Assembly (NCBI GenBank): GCA_030324005.1
Contig: JARDVH010000025.1
Coordinates: 42,415,542 to 42,479,395, forward strand
Direction: 5' to 3'
Source: Negaprion brevirostris
Taxonomy: Eukaryota
DNA: 63,854 bases
The notes under the pieces were generated by a model. It did not search any database, had not been told where the DNA came from, and was given only the letters and a program-made list of their open reading frames with translations. This document shows, in pieces, positions 12,985 through 25,200 of this stretch (its first letter is position 1; each line of letters begins with the position of its first letter). The position numbers and the translations under genes are program-made.

Positions 12985-13310
12985 CTAGCCCATTTCAGAA
13001 CGCAGTTAAAATTCAACCACATTGCTATCAGTCAGGAGTCACATGTAGGCCTGACCAGGTAAAGGTAGTATGTTTGCTTCCATAAAGGACAATCATAAGA
13101 CAATGAAATTGTTGAACAATCCAGTAGTTTCAGGGCACCATTACTAATACTAGATTTTGATTCCAGCTTTTCTAGTAAGCCAAATTTAAATTCCCCATCT
13201 ACCATGGGGGCGTTCAGGGAATTAGCTCATGTCCCCAGGTCATGAGTTCAGTTGTCTATAAGACTTCTTGTTTAGCAACATAGTAATACAATAACCACTT
13301 CACTACTGTA
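12985..13310 (-). mobile_element. MetaSINE-like (MER131-related) tRNA SINE
   Basis: The minus strand of 13036-13091 reads tgtcctttatggaagcaaac...tttacctggtcaggcctacatgtgactcc, resembling the recalled Meta-domain consensus. A decayed tRNA-like head lies at ~13190-13310. Confidence 0.6.
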
Positions 13311-13819
13311 AATGGATCATCTACCGCTAATACTCCAAAGTAGCTGCCTGGAGACTTTGTTCGGATAGAGTAGTTGTGCATCAGATAAAATTTAACTCAA
13401 TTGTGTAGCCAGTTTTGTTCCCGTATAGTTTCTCAGCACCCCCTATGTGATACATTTTTTACCACCCTTACAAAGCCATGCATTAAAGTAGTTCTTCCAC
13501 CGGTTCAAGTTTATAAATGCCTAAATATGAAGCTTGGCCTCATAACTAAGAATGCAAAGTTTAAAGGTAACATTGATTATCTTATTTTTAAACACATAAT
13601 GATAATATTGAATTGTTTAACCTTTGCTCTCAATGTAACTGGAATGCTTGTCCCATTGAAGATAACTTGAGATCCAATAGCTGGTTATTAAGGTTAAATT
13701 CATGCAAAGGATATAAACCCCTCAGTCACCACCACCATCTGAAATGTCCCTCTGAGTGACCCCACCTTTCAAAAATATTTCAAAAGCTGGGTATTAAATA
13801 TTATATTTTGGTGTTTGAA

Positions 13820-14030
13820 CAGAATCACAGAATCATTACAGTGCAGAGGCCATTTGGCCCACTGGATCTGCACTGACTCTCAAAGAGAGCATCCTACATA
13901 GTTACTTTCTGTGTAGCCATCCGATTCCCTTTTGAACACCTCGATTGAACCTACCTCCCCCACCGTCTCAGGAAGTTTGTTCCAGACTCCAACCACTCAC
14001 TGGGTAAAAGAATTTTTCCACACATCACTT
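13820..14030 (-). mobile_element. CR1 3' end fragment
   Basis: acagaatcacagaatcattacagtgcagaggccatttggccc...ttccagactccaaccactcactgggtaaaag. Confidence 0.8.
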
Positions 14031-14717
14031 TTACCTTGCTCCCACCCATCTGCTCCTCACATTTACTTCTTTAATTTTGTTCAATATTGGGCATTAAATA
14101 AAATGTCATTTTTTTTATTGCAGAAGTAAAATGTTCAGAAACTGACAAAAGCAAAAAACAGTTGGAAATACTCAAAAGTTCAAATGGCATCTATAGAGAA
14201 AGAAAATCAGAGTTAAACGGTTACATTTCCTCAGCCCCATGGGGACAGGATTAGAAGTGGAAGAACCTGGGAAATAAATATCCATGTTGGGATAGCTCCC
14301 CAACACATTCCAACTCCCAGATGACTTTCTCTGGGACAGGTTTGGAACTGTGTCAGCTGCTTATTCCAAACAGGCTCGCAGCCATTTAATGCAAAGAAGG
14401 TCCCACTTAATGTTGCAACATGTTGTGTTTATATTAATTATTGTGTAACTATTATTTTAGACAAATGTTTGTGAACAATCCATTAAAGTTTCTTAGTCTG
14501 GCTTTACAAATGAGAAAAATGTTGCATAACTCGAAAATACTTATTTAAAAAGCAATTGATTGTTGAATATAAAGCAACTTCATCAGTTACTGGAACCCTG
14601 GAACAAAAACAGAAAATCCCCGGTAACTCAGGTTCACCTGTAAAGAGAACATGAATCAATACTTGAGTTTTTAACCCTTGTTTAAAACTGTGTTTCCTTT
14701 ATAAATAACTTCCAAAA

Positions 14718-14868
14718 AAAACTTCATTCCATCCAAATCCAAATTCCAATTCAATCGAATTCATAGTCCCCAGAAGGAAGAGAAACAAGATCCAAACTGA
14801 CAAGATGAGGCATTGCACGCCATCTTGGCCTTGATCTGATGCATTATCTTAGCCAAAAGACCAAGACG
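14718..14868 (-). mobile_element. Short element with a U2-snRNA-derived 5' head (SINEU-like)
   Basis: The minus strand begins cgtcttggtcttttggctaagataa, versus U2 cttctcggccttttggctaagatca. Non-U2 body follows, then a ttgga-rich tail. Confidence 0.55.
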
Positions 14869-15589
14869 GTTTTGAAAAATTAAACCAAGTGACATCTCAG
14901 TCAAACCTCACTGGCAGTCCTGTTCATTGACTCTACCCTCATCTGGGAGTTCCCCTGCATGATCATGGTTTCACCCCTACCAAGTGACAGCACACCTGAA
15001 GTGTGGTGGACTACCTCATCCTAGGCAAACACGCCTACATGTTCATGGTTTCATCCCTCCCAGATATTGCCTGCATGTTTCCTGCTCTTGTGTTAGTCAT
15101 TTCTAATTGCTTTGTTCTTTTGTCACAATTGAGTTTCAATGCCATTATAGACAAATCTTAAATCTCCCTTCTGATGTCTTTTAATTTAAGGTCAGGGTAT
15201 CCACAAATCAAATCAGATAACGCTTTGTGATTTCAGCCATCCCATCTACCACCAAGTGTTGCTAATAACAGCATGCACAATTACATTTTCAAACAGAGGT
15301 AGTTTGTCAATGTGCATATAAAACCATATTAACTGGAGAACAACTTTGTCAGAAGCATCTGAGATTTCATAAATTGATCTTAGAAATAAATTCTGTGATA
15401 ATTTTAATAATAATAGTGCATATAAAATGACATAGAGAGCGAAAGTTGACATGTAGAAATAAAGTGATGAGGGTCGGAATAGTGTCCTGATTACATTGCT
15501 TCAATTAGATACAGAATTAAACGGAGTTAGGAAAGTGTATCCTGGCAAAGAAATGATTAGATAACATAATAAATAGCACGCTTTAACAA

Positions 15590-15915
15590 GCAAATGTATC
15601 ACATAGATTGGTATGAAGTCACAGGGGCCTGATCTATACTTAGTTAGTTGACTTCGCCAAGAAGTTGGTAGGGGCAGTACAATTGACTTTGGTAACCCTG
15701 GGATATAGAGAGGAAAAATAAACCACAGTTCCTGCTTTTGATAACTATCCAATGACCTCTGTTAAGAATGTGTGTGTCTAGTGAAGGCTGAATTGGGCTC
15801 AGCTGTGACCTTACTCCATTATTGAAATGCCTGCCTTCCAGCCCTTCTACTTAAGTTCACACATAAAGAATTACCATTTCAGTGTGGTGTCAAAAGGTGC
15901 TGACAGTTATGGAAG
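15590..15915 (+). mobile_element. LF-SINE-like ancient SINE
   Basis: gtaggggcagtacaattgac..ccctggg..gaggaaaaata..gttcctgc..tgat..ctatcca.tgacc..tgtgtgtg..ggctcagctgtga..gcctgcc..tcacacataaagaat..cca is collinear with the recalled LF-SINE consensus. Confidence 0.7.
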
Positions 15916-16939
15916 TGTTGCCAATTTAAACCATGGTTTGTAGGAGTTAAGAAGAGAAAAACAGAAAACAAAACTGCAAGAATAAAGCTTTGAAAGTTTA
16001 ATGAATGTCAACAAACCTTAGAGATAAGTTATTACTGGAAACACTCTTTACATATGTTATTTTACATTAGTTATACCTGGTGTATGAGGAAATACTGTAA
16101 TTTCTTAGTAATATAACAGTAAGTTTTTGCTCAGATTGCAGTGATATTGATACATATGATTTATACAGCCTTGCAATGGTGTGGATTTTGATTTCATGAT
16201 TTGAACTTAAGTTTTTTTTTGCACATCTAGAATGAATTCTGGATTTTATGCACAATGTGCCTGAACTATTTTAACCCAAATTGCTAGGTTACTTAAGTAA
16301 ACATTAGACAAATATATACAAAAATAATCACAATAACAGTTGATGATCAATAGAAATGGTGGGCAGATACAAGCCTTGATAACTGAATCAAATTTGGTTG
16401 AAGTATATTGGCAGAATGAGCATTGCCATATGTCTATTTTTTCATATGCTATACCTAGCAGTGTTACAAGTTTTTTTAAATTTATTTGTGCTAACAGGTG
16501 CACTCCAGTCAATATGGCATGGCCTTGTTCATGTGCCAGTCATAGAGTTAGAACACTTTTCAGGCAACATTTTAGCAACACCGCTGGCACTGAGGAAAAA
16601 AGTTTATTTTGATGGAGGAAGCAAGGCTTTACAATGATGAGTTTTATAAGTGTTTTAAAAGCCAATTTGAAAATGAGTTGATTACAACTGCCACTGTCAA
16701 ATTATGTCACAGATTTATATTATCTGTTAATGACATAATTATGAATAAACATATTCCTGGTTTCTTTACGCATTTCTTGCTTGTCAAATTCATCAGCTCC
16801 CATCCTCATGTCCAAACAGCATTGACTCCTTCTTGAGATATTCCTCTGTTTACATCAGTCATCCCCCTGTACCTCTGTGGAATAGATTGGTTCATCCAAA
16901 GGAAAGGAATAGAATAGTACTGTTGCATATATACAGAAT

Positions 16940-17345
16940 TGAATTAGAAAAATTATGTTCAGCTTGTGAATCTCACCTCCGAAAAGATACATTTGTTTTA
17001 AAGGGAATCCAAATGCAACTGGCAGTGACAGGAAACAAGCAGCAGCAAATAAGACACTAAAAATTGGGCAGACAGCCAATCTGTTACTATATATCCCTGT
17101 AATGAAAGGATTTAGTGATAATAAGTGGTTAAACTAGGGCATCCCATGGAGCTGAGAAATAAGCAGTTATAGTAGGGTTGCATCTCATGGAATAAAAACA
17201 GCATTCACAGTATTTTGCTTTTGTTGTTACACCCCATAGAGTTGAGAAGGTTAACGGGAATCTGATGTGGTCCATAATGAAGATTGTTGACATAGGAAAG
17301 CTTTCTTGGACTGGAGAATCTAGAACCATTAAGTTCTTTGGACAC
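16940..17345 (+). mobile_element. Very old CR1 remnants
   Basis: HLRKDTFVLKGIQ (CR1 PxLRKDILALEGVQ), and gagaaggttaacgggaatctgat...ggagaatctagaacc. Confidence 0.5.
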
Positions 17346-18681
17346 ATGGAGAAACCAATGGAAAAGAAATTAGTGGGCCATTTAATTAGTGCCCAATCCA
17401 CAACTTACAGCCTCATTGCTCAAAGTAAAAATTGCTCTTGTAATCTTGAACTGAGCTAGTCATTTTTTTACATAAATTGTTATAAAACAGGAAGTGAGTA
17501 TATCCATTAAACCATTGAAGCAGAATTAATGTTAGCATTCAAAATGCAGATAGCTACTTGCTATAGCAATACAAGCCATAAGGGATAACTATCCATTTTC
17601 CTGCATTCAACTGTTGGCCTAGGCAACGAATGACAGCCAGGTAATCAACTAATCAGTATCATAAGGGTGTACTTTCCACCCGGAAAGGCCTTTGGGATGC
17701 TGGGTAAAACCCACCAGTCAACCACCGAATAATCACTGCACAAGCACATTTTAAGCACAAGACATATTAGCATCAAGCCAGCAGATTGCCACTAGAAATT
17801 GATCATCCTAAGGGCAGCCTGAGAGCTCCAAACCACTCCAATGTCAGATGGCCCTGCATTTCTGGCCCAAATATAGATTCCTTGATGGGGTATCTGGAGT
17901 GACAACAGCCTAGGCTGGTCTTATAGGTCTTGAGGGTTACTTTTGCAGCCGCTGGCCACACACAAATTAAGTATGACTTTCCTTTCTAAACCTCATCAAT
18001 CCAGCTGCCAGATACTGGCTGGCACAATTATTTTTTGATCAAGAAAATAGTCTCTGACTTTAAGTTCTCTCTTGGAGCTCAAAACTGAAACAAATCCATT
18101 AGCTTTTAATTCCTCCTATCTTCCAACTTTTCTGGCAACATTTGGTGTTATCTCATCATTACTTCACCTCACCTCTTTCATTGTTTTCACCTTTAGTGTT
18201 GTCCAAACCATATGACATGGCCTTCAACTTGGTTTCTCAAATAAATAAAACACATGAATTGTTTGCAGTGTTTGGATTAGAGAAAGTTAATTGATAAAGT
18301 CCACTTCATTTCCTGAAAATCTGAAAAGACACATTTATGGAATTTGAAATTCCCTTCAGTAATGGCATGAAACAGACAGTTGAAGAACAGCCACCAAAAA
18401 ATAGGAAGTTGACTGATCTCAAGCACTCATTTTGTCCCATTACCAACATTTAGTTCCACCTCCAAAGATGTGGCTTATTGAGAACATTAGATTAGCACTT
18501 TTTTTTCCATTGTTTAATTTGTGAAACAATATTTGATGCTGCCTTGATTCTTATGCTGATTCTGCTGCAGAACCGTTAAAATGTTTAGTATTGGTAATAT
18601 GTCAATGCTAAGTTTTCCTTTCCACAGCCTGGATTCATACTCACCCTGGAGTCAAAGGATAAGAATTTTCATATCATCACT

Positions 18682-18980
18682 GGGCAGCACATGGTTAGCT
18701 CTGCTGCCTCACAGCGCCAGGGACCCAGGTTCAATTCTGACCTCAGGTGTGGAGTTTGCACATTATTCCCATGTCTGGATGGGTTTCCACCGGGTGCTCC
18801 GGTTTCCTGCCACAGTCAAAAGATGTGCAGGTTAAGTTAATTGGCCCTGCTAAATTGCCCCTTAGTGTCAGGGGACTAACAGGGTAGGTACATGGGGTTA
18901 CAGGGATAGGGCCCACGTGGGAATGTTGTTGGTGCAGCCTTGATGGGCTGAATGGCCTCTTTCTGCATTGTAGGGATTCA
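18682..18980 (+). mobile_element. HE1-type SINE
   Basis: Head, body and tail match the copies at 2443 and 47421. Confidence 0.9.
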
Positions 18981-20741
18981 AAAACTTCTATAAGAATTAG
19001 TAAGCCCACTCTTAGTGTAGTTTCTGGTGAATCAAGAATCTGCTAAGCATTATACAAAACCTGATGCTGTTTCCTAGTTTCATTCAAAGAGGCCAAAAAA
19101 TGTGTGGTAGGGAAATGAAAAAATAGCAATAATGCAATTTGGTGGGGTGGGGGCAGGTTGGAACAAATAGCATATTTCTTTCGAAATTGAGTGAAACACA
19201 AAGGGACAGGCTCAAACTAGTTTTCTAAGATAAGTTATTTATAAGATTCTAAGTTTATTGTGTCTTATGCTGATAATGNNNNNNNNNNNNNNNNNNNNNN
19301 NNNNNNNNNNNNNNNNNNNNNNNNNNNNNNNNNNNNNNNNNNNNNNNNNNNNNNNNNNNNNNNNNNNNNNNNNNNNNNTTATGCTGATAATGGATGGCAA
19401 AAGTTAAGCTTCGAGAATTGATATCCATTATCACCACAAATTAAAAATGTGCAAATGGAAAGACATACACTTGAAAAAGAACAGTTTTAAGGGTGAATGA
19501 AGTGGAGTTGCATCTTTTAAAGGAGTTTATTCAAAATGGTCACTTCTTTATTCTTTATATATGATATATAAATATGTAGATAATACATAGTCAAAATTCA
19601 CAAGTTGGCTTTAAGAAATGTATACCATTAACAGGTAATTTTGAGAATGTATGTATTATACACGAGTACCACAATACTTGCCCTTTAAGTGCAGAATTGT
19701 CATTTTAGTCTGCTTTTATCTCCGCAGCTGAGGGAAATTCAAGGTAGTCTCAGAAATATTCTGGAAATGATACTGAAGTTATGTTTTAAATAAAGTGAGA
19801 GCAAGTTTAATAATCGTGTATAAAACTATTGTCATTTCAGTTATAACCTCGATTATTATAGTCAAGAAATATAAAACGGGTAGAGTGTCCAGAATGACAG
19901 GCTTCTCAAGCAGGTACAGCTGATAAAACGAAAGGCCAGGGCTAACGTGACCCCGCAATTGAGTTAAATAGGAAGGCCATGTTTCAATTCTTGTTTCTTG
20001 AAGAAACAAAATGTGCATAACGAAAAATAAGTTGGGCGAAAACCAGAAAAGGTTTCGAGGCCATTTGGCCTTCGGCTTTTATGGGTGCTTTCCCTCCCTG
20101 AATGCCAAGACCAGATATTGAAGTCAATCAGCCATGTTTTCTGGATATGGGCTCCCAGCAGGAAGGCAGCCGGCCTCGTATATAGTGAGGCGGGGGGGAG
20201 GGGATGAGAATTAAGGATCATGTGTGCATAATACTGCTTCTATTGTAATCTATGTAAATGCAATGTATTTGTTTGCTATGACCAATGGCATCAAGACATA
20301 CAAAATAGAATGGACACTTTTGAAAGTTCCTGACGAAGTTTTTCTTTAGAAAATAGCTGCCAAATGAATATAAAATAAAGCATTTGACAATCAAACGTTA
20401 TTCACACGACATAATGTGGAGAACCCTGCAAGGGTACATCTCCTAATTTCCATCGACGCCGTGGACAACTCTGCTATTCGCCTTGGTTGCGGCAAAATCT
20501 ACCCCTCAACGTCCAGCCATGAATGGCAAAGTTTGTTCACTGTCCCGAAACGTAAGGTTTAAATGGCACAATTTATAACTTGAATAAATATTTCGACATT
20601 AAAACATCATGAAATTCAGCAGGTTTTCTGACCGAATATAATTTTAAAAATCTCTCAGGAACAAATACACGCTGATATTATATTGCTTTACTGAAAGATG
20701 AAAGAGAGAGAAAAAAAACCCATTTCATTTCGGAAGCAAGG

Positions 20742-20747
20742 TTTATT
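20742..20747 (-). terminator. Candidate polyadenylation signal AATAAA
   Basis: tttatt on + strand. Downstream on the minus strand lies TTTTTTTTCTCTCTC (U-rich element). Upstream are TGTA motifs, including TGTAAATA (21063-21070) and TGTATATA (21097-21104). Confidence 0.5.
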
Positions 20748-22189
20748 ATGTGTTCGTTTGTTTCTTGAAGACAGATTGGTTTTCATTCAACCAGTAGGTG
20801 GACAGACCTAGCAACATAATCTGTCTGAGAAGTGAAGCAGCATCACATTTAAACTGAATAAAATACAACAAAATCACAAGGTACTCAACGCTTTTTTTTC
20901 TTAAAATGAGACCACAACTGGACAATAAACAAGTTCTACCCATCACCTTTACAATGTGTCTAGTGAACAGAAATCAGATAGTGGACTATCTAGCGTCAAG
21001 CATTTTCAACCCACTCACAGAGGTATGGAATCATAGATAAATACCCCGCTACTGGCTCACCATATTTACAATCCCATTAAATTAACATTAAATAAATATA
21101 TACAAACATGACAATGACAACCCGCCCTCCCCCTCCAAGCTGATTCCCAATGGCGATTCGGCAGAACTGATGTTCCAAGTTGTATAACTGTCTGGAAATT
21201 TAAAAAAAAGATAATCAGGTTGCCTAAACACCAGAGTCAAAACATTTTTCCCCTAGCATGTGACAAGGATGGGAACGGTCCAAACTACGTTATCTGCTCA
21301 TAACGTGTTTTTGGCACATTGTAATAATGAGTTCAAAGCACATTTTGACAACGTCGCATCCAGTCTAAATGTATAAGCAACTTGTAAAGAATTGAGGGTG
21401 ATTAAAGTGTCATATTTTTTCATGGCGTGGGAGAAGGGGACCCCTGGCAGGATTTTTGAAGGCTATGATCTTTTGTTGAATTTACGACTGTTTCACACTA
21501 TGGCTGCGAATTAGAAACTTGCCATATTCAATGTTAAAGGATGCCACTCAGGTAAAAGGTTCATTTGAAAAGTATGGTAAACAGAGATGTTCATTCAAAC
21601 TGACTTCGCGTACTGAGTGTACTTATGTTGTAACATGTACACTTGATTTGCAATAATATTGATTATCAGATGGTTGCTGGACACACTTCAGCTGGAACGG
21701 AATATTATTGAAATCAGGATACGATCTGTTTCATATTGTCAGGGAGTTTCTCGAGGATTGATGATGAGAACGTTAGAAATGGACAAAAGTGACACATTCC
21801 TTCCTGTGTCAGTAAGTCATTTGTTAAATAAAATTTATGCTCTTCAATCGATTTTTTTAAATGTTTGCACTGGGCAGTGATAATTGTAAAGGTTTCTGTT
21901 AATCGGTGGTTTAGCAAAGTCACATGCCAATATAAGCGCTATAAGCGTGCTGGATCTGTTAACTGCATTTATTTGTGGGGTGTCTGACCAGGTCAAGGGG
22001 TTTTAGACTGAGTTACAACATCAGTGTGATCTGACTTTTAATCCAATTTTTGACCAATTTGCGATATTTATCGTCAATTTCTAATTACTTCCCGTTGCAC
22101 ATTGGACACTATATTTTGTCAACTTTTAAGGTCAGAGTGAGGGGATGGGGGAAGGGAGTTAACAGTGCAATTAGATTTTCATCAGTTTA

Positions 22190-22250
22190 TCAAAAAGACG
22201 GCACAGTTACGATGGACCGAATGGCCTCCTTCTGCGCTGTAAACTTGTAT
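22190..22250 (+). mobile_element. CR1/HE1 3'-tail relic, antisense within the putative 3'UTR
   Basis: ggcacagttacgatggaccgaatggcctccttctgcgctgtaaac. Confidence 0.7.
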
Positions 22251-25200
22251 GGCTGCATATTAAGAGATGAGAGCACAATTGGCATCAGACAGCTAAAGAT
22301 AAGCTGAACATTTCATGCGCCGGGCATTTAAAATCTCTGTTACTAATCTTGCATGTATCTCAGTTGGTTTTAACTATGAGGTTAATCAGATCTGCGTGTA
22401 TCTTTTGAACTGCAGTGACCTCGGAATTCCAGGAATCCACGGTCACCCAATCTGATGCACAAACTGTTCCTTGTGCAGTCATTCCTCACCTGTTCAGACC
22501 CTAGAGGGGGACGGAGGGGACAAAGTAGCCGAGGATGGGGAGTGGGAGAGGGGGTGGGAATATGTATGGTGGAAGCAACAGAATGAAAGCTTACCTTTCC
22601 CCTGCTTATCTAAGTGTCGCAGGTGATATTCACTTTATCCAGTGGCGTTTTGACAAGAGTGGAAGCGGATTATATTTATGTATAAAGTGGCTCTAGAATT
22701 ACTGCATCAATACTGGTCAAACACTGAGGTTTCCCCGTCGAAATACCAACTTTGTATCTGTTTCAGGACAAAACTGAGTNNNNNNNNNNNNNNNNNNNNN
22801 NNNNNNNNNNNNNNNNNNNNNNNNNNNNNNNNNNNNNNNNNNNNNNNNNNNNNNNNNNNNNNNNNNNNNNNNNNNNNNNNNNNNNNNNNNNNNNNNNNNN
22901 NNNNNNNNNNNNNNNNNNNNNNNNNNNNNNNNNNNNNNNNNNNNNNNNNNNNNNNNNNNNNNNNNNNNNNNNNNNNTAGGCAGCAAACAATATATTTCAT
23001 AAATTGATCCTGTTTGCTTATTGCATTCTACTTACCACCGAATTCTAAAGAACAATCCACACAATGGCAGTGACCATTGACCATATATCTGTTTCCCTTG
23101 CAGATTCTCGGGGACCTTACTGTCAGTGACGGTTTTAACTCGGAATATCAATGTATTTTGTCGAATAAAAAAAAGATTCAAAATGAACAGAAGTGCCGAA
23201 GTAACAAACCAGTCAAACATTCCTTTCACGCCTGAATACTCCCAGGATTCCTACTTTCCTGCCATGTATCTGATGAGTTTGGCCAGTATTTTTTGATGCC
23301 GGGGTGACTTTGGGAGATAACACTCCACTATAACCCACCTGTGGACTCACCAAGAAACACAGACGGCTTGTGGCAACTCTTCTACTGAAATGCATAGCCT
23401 CGGGGCAAAGAAGTGGGAATCAAGGAAAATACGTGAAAAGGAAAACTTTTACTCAAAAGAGCTTTGCGTTTTCTACAACGTCACAGTATTTTATCTTTTT
23501 ATATCAAAATTGATTCATTTAGTAGGGTAATATAACTATGCTCTTTAAGTAATAAGAAATGTTGTTAGATGGCCAACCATTTGAATACAAGACTGTAAAG
23601 TGGCTGTACATTCCAGCAAGAAAGACGCAAGATGTGAAGAAGAAGCAATATGGAACAATGACTGTATACTGAAAATATTAAGAGGTGTTTTAATAGTTAT
23701 GACTACCATATGGCTGTCCGACAGATTAATAGGGTCCAAATCGTTGAATGTTACAATAATGCCTTGCTTCTAAATCGATAATTAGTGTAACTGGATATGC
23801 TCAAGACCGTGTCCAGATGCAGATAACTGCATCACTCTCATTCTTCGAACCGCAAAATGGGATTAATGAGGAACAATCGGGCTCCATGATTTGCCTATCG
23901 TGCTTTACTAACTGTTCAGGTGTGGAATTTGGTGCGTGTCGCCCTCGCCCCATCTCGTCTCCCCTTACAATATTGCTATTAAACTTGTTTCAAACTCTTA
24001 CGCAGGCGAGATCTGAGTACAGCGCTGTTCCATTGACCGAAACACAGTAGATAGGAAGCAATTCGAAATGTTTATACATTCATAACTGATTAACGTTTCC
24101 TGGGCCGTGAGGACAGAATTTGTTATCCTTTCCAGGAAATACAGAAAACAAACACAGTTAAGAAACAAGAACGCTGTTATTGTTAGAAGAATGCCACTCC
24201 TTTAGTCCCAGAGAGCCCCAGGACTTCCAGGCAACCCAACTCCAAGAATCTGCATGCTAATTTAAATCCATGGTTTACCTACTAGCCCGTGTGTGCTGAA
24301 TTGCATTAACCAAACTCTCTTTTAAACGTAGCCCTCGTCCTTTTTCTCGAGTGCATGCTGTCAGTTTAATAAAGTATCGAGCAGGGTGTTAACTTACTTA
24401 CGTATGAGTACAACTGACTAACAACGATTAATGTAGTCTTGAAAATATACATGTATAATTTGGAAATAAAAAGACAACCTTGACAAGTGCCTATGGTGCA
24501 ATTCGGAATAAAGGTTCTTTTCGGACCAGCAAATATTTTAATAACTGCGAATTTTCTTCCTGAATGATTATACTAGGCTGTTCTGATATTGTAATAGTCC
24601 ATATGTTTGCTGCTAAAATCTCCCATCGACAATTCCGGCCATCAGTTCACTAGGTGTAAGGACTTCTGTAAGGAGAGTGCCTTCAATGTGTTCATTGGCC
24701 AACTCTGTCCAAATTCATATTGAGCAAACGTCACATAAGCTGAGATCAAAAGTGCTTTGTGTGGAGATGTTGCTTTTTCGTCCTCTGAGCTGAGAGAGGT
24801 TGCACGATAAGTTATGCGTCCTTGAAGGGACAGTGGAAAGGTCTTTTTAAAAAGCAGCAAAAACAAGATCGATCAAAATGCTAATAGCTTTTAAGGGGAG
24901 TAAACTCTCATACTGAGCGTTTAACTAGATGCTGCCAAACGCAGAACAATTATTGAAAGGAAGACGGGTTAATTTTAATGATGTGTCGGAATGTACCAAG
25001 AATTAAAGAGAGTGCGTCATTTGGTGGGGGTGGGGTGTGGGGTAGAGGTGGACCACTGCCCACTTCTATTATGCGATGTTCCCTTCTCATTAATCTCTGT
25101 TGGATTTCAGTCTGTCTCTTTAAAGTGAACTCACTGTCTGGCTGAACTCGTTCTTTCGCAGTTTTTTGCAATGCTGGTGTTCACCTTGAACTTGATCTGA

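Noticed and set aside
19255-19395. Direct repeat ttatgctgataatg on both sides of a gap; likewise tctaaggaacttgaacctta at 28027 and 28147
   Set aside because: Identical sequence flanking N-runs is typical of unmerged contig overlaps.
22505-22558. G-tract, potential G-quadruplex (also ~25023-25045 and ~59559-59582)
   Set aside because: Common in vertebrate DNA, on the template strand, with no further support.
22589-23350. Minus-strand donor-like sites (GTAAGC, GTAAGT, GTGAGT) within the putative 3'UTR
   Set aside because: The frequency is compatible with chance, and no coherent partner exons were identified.
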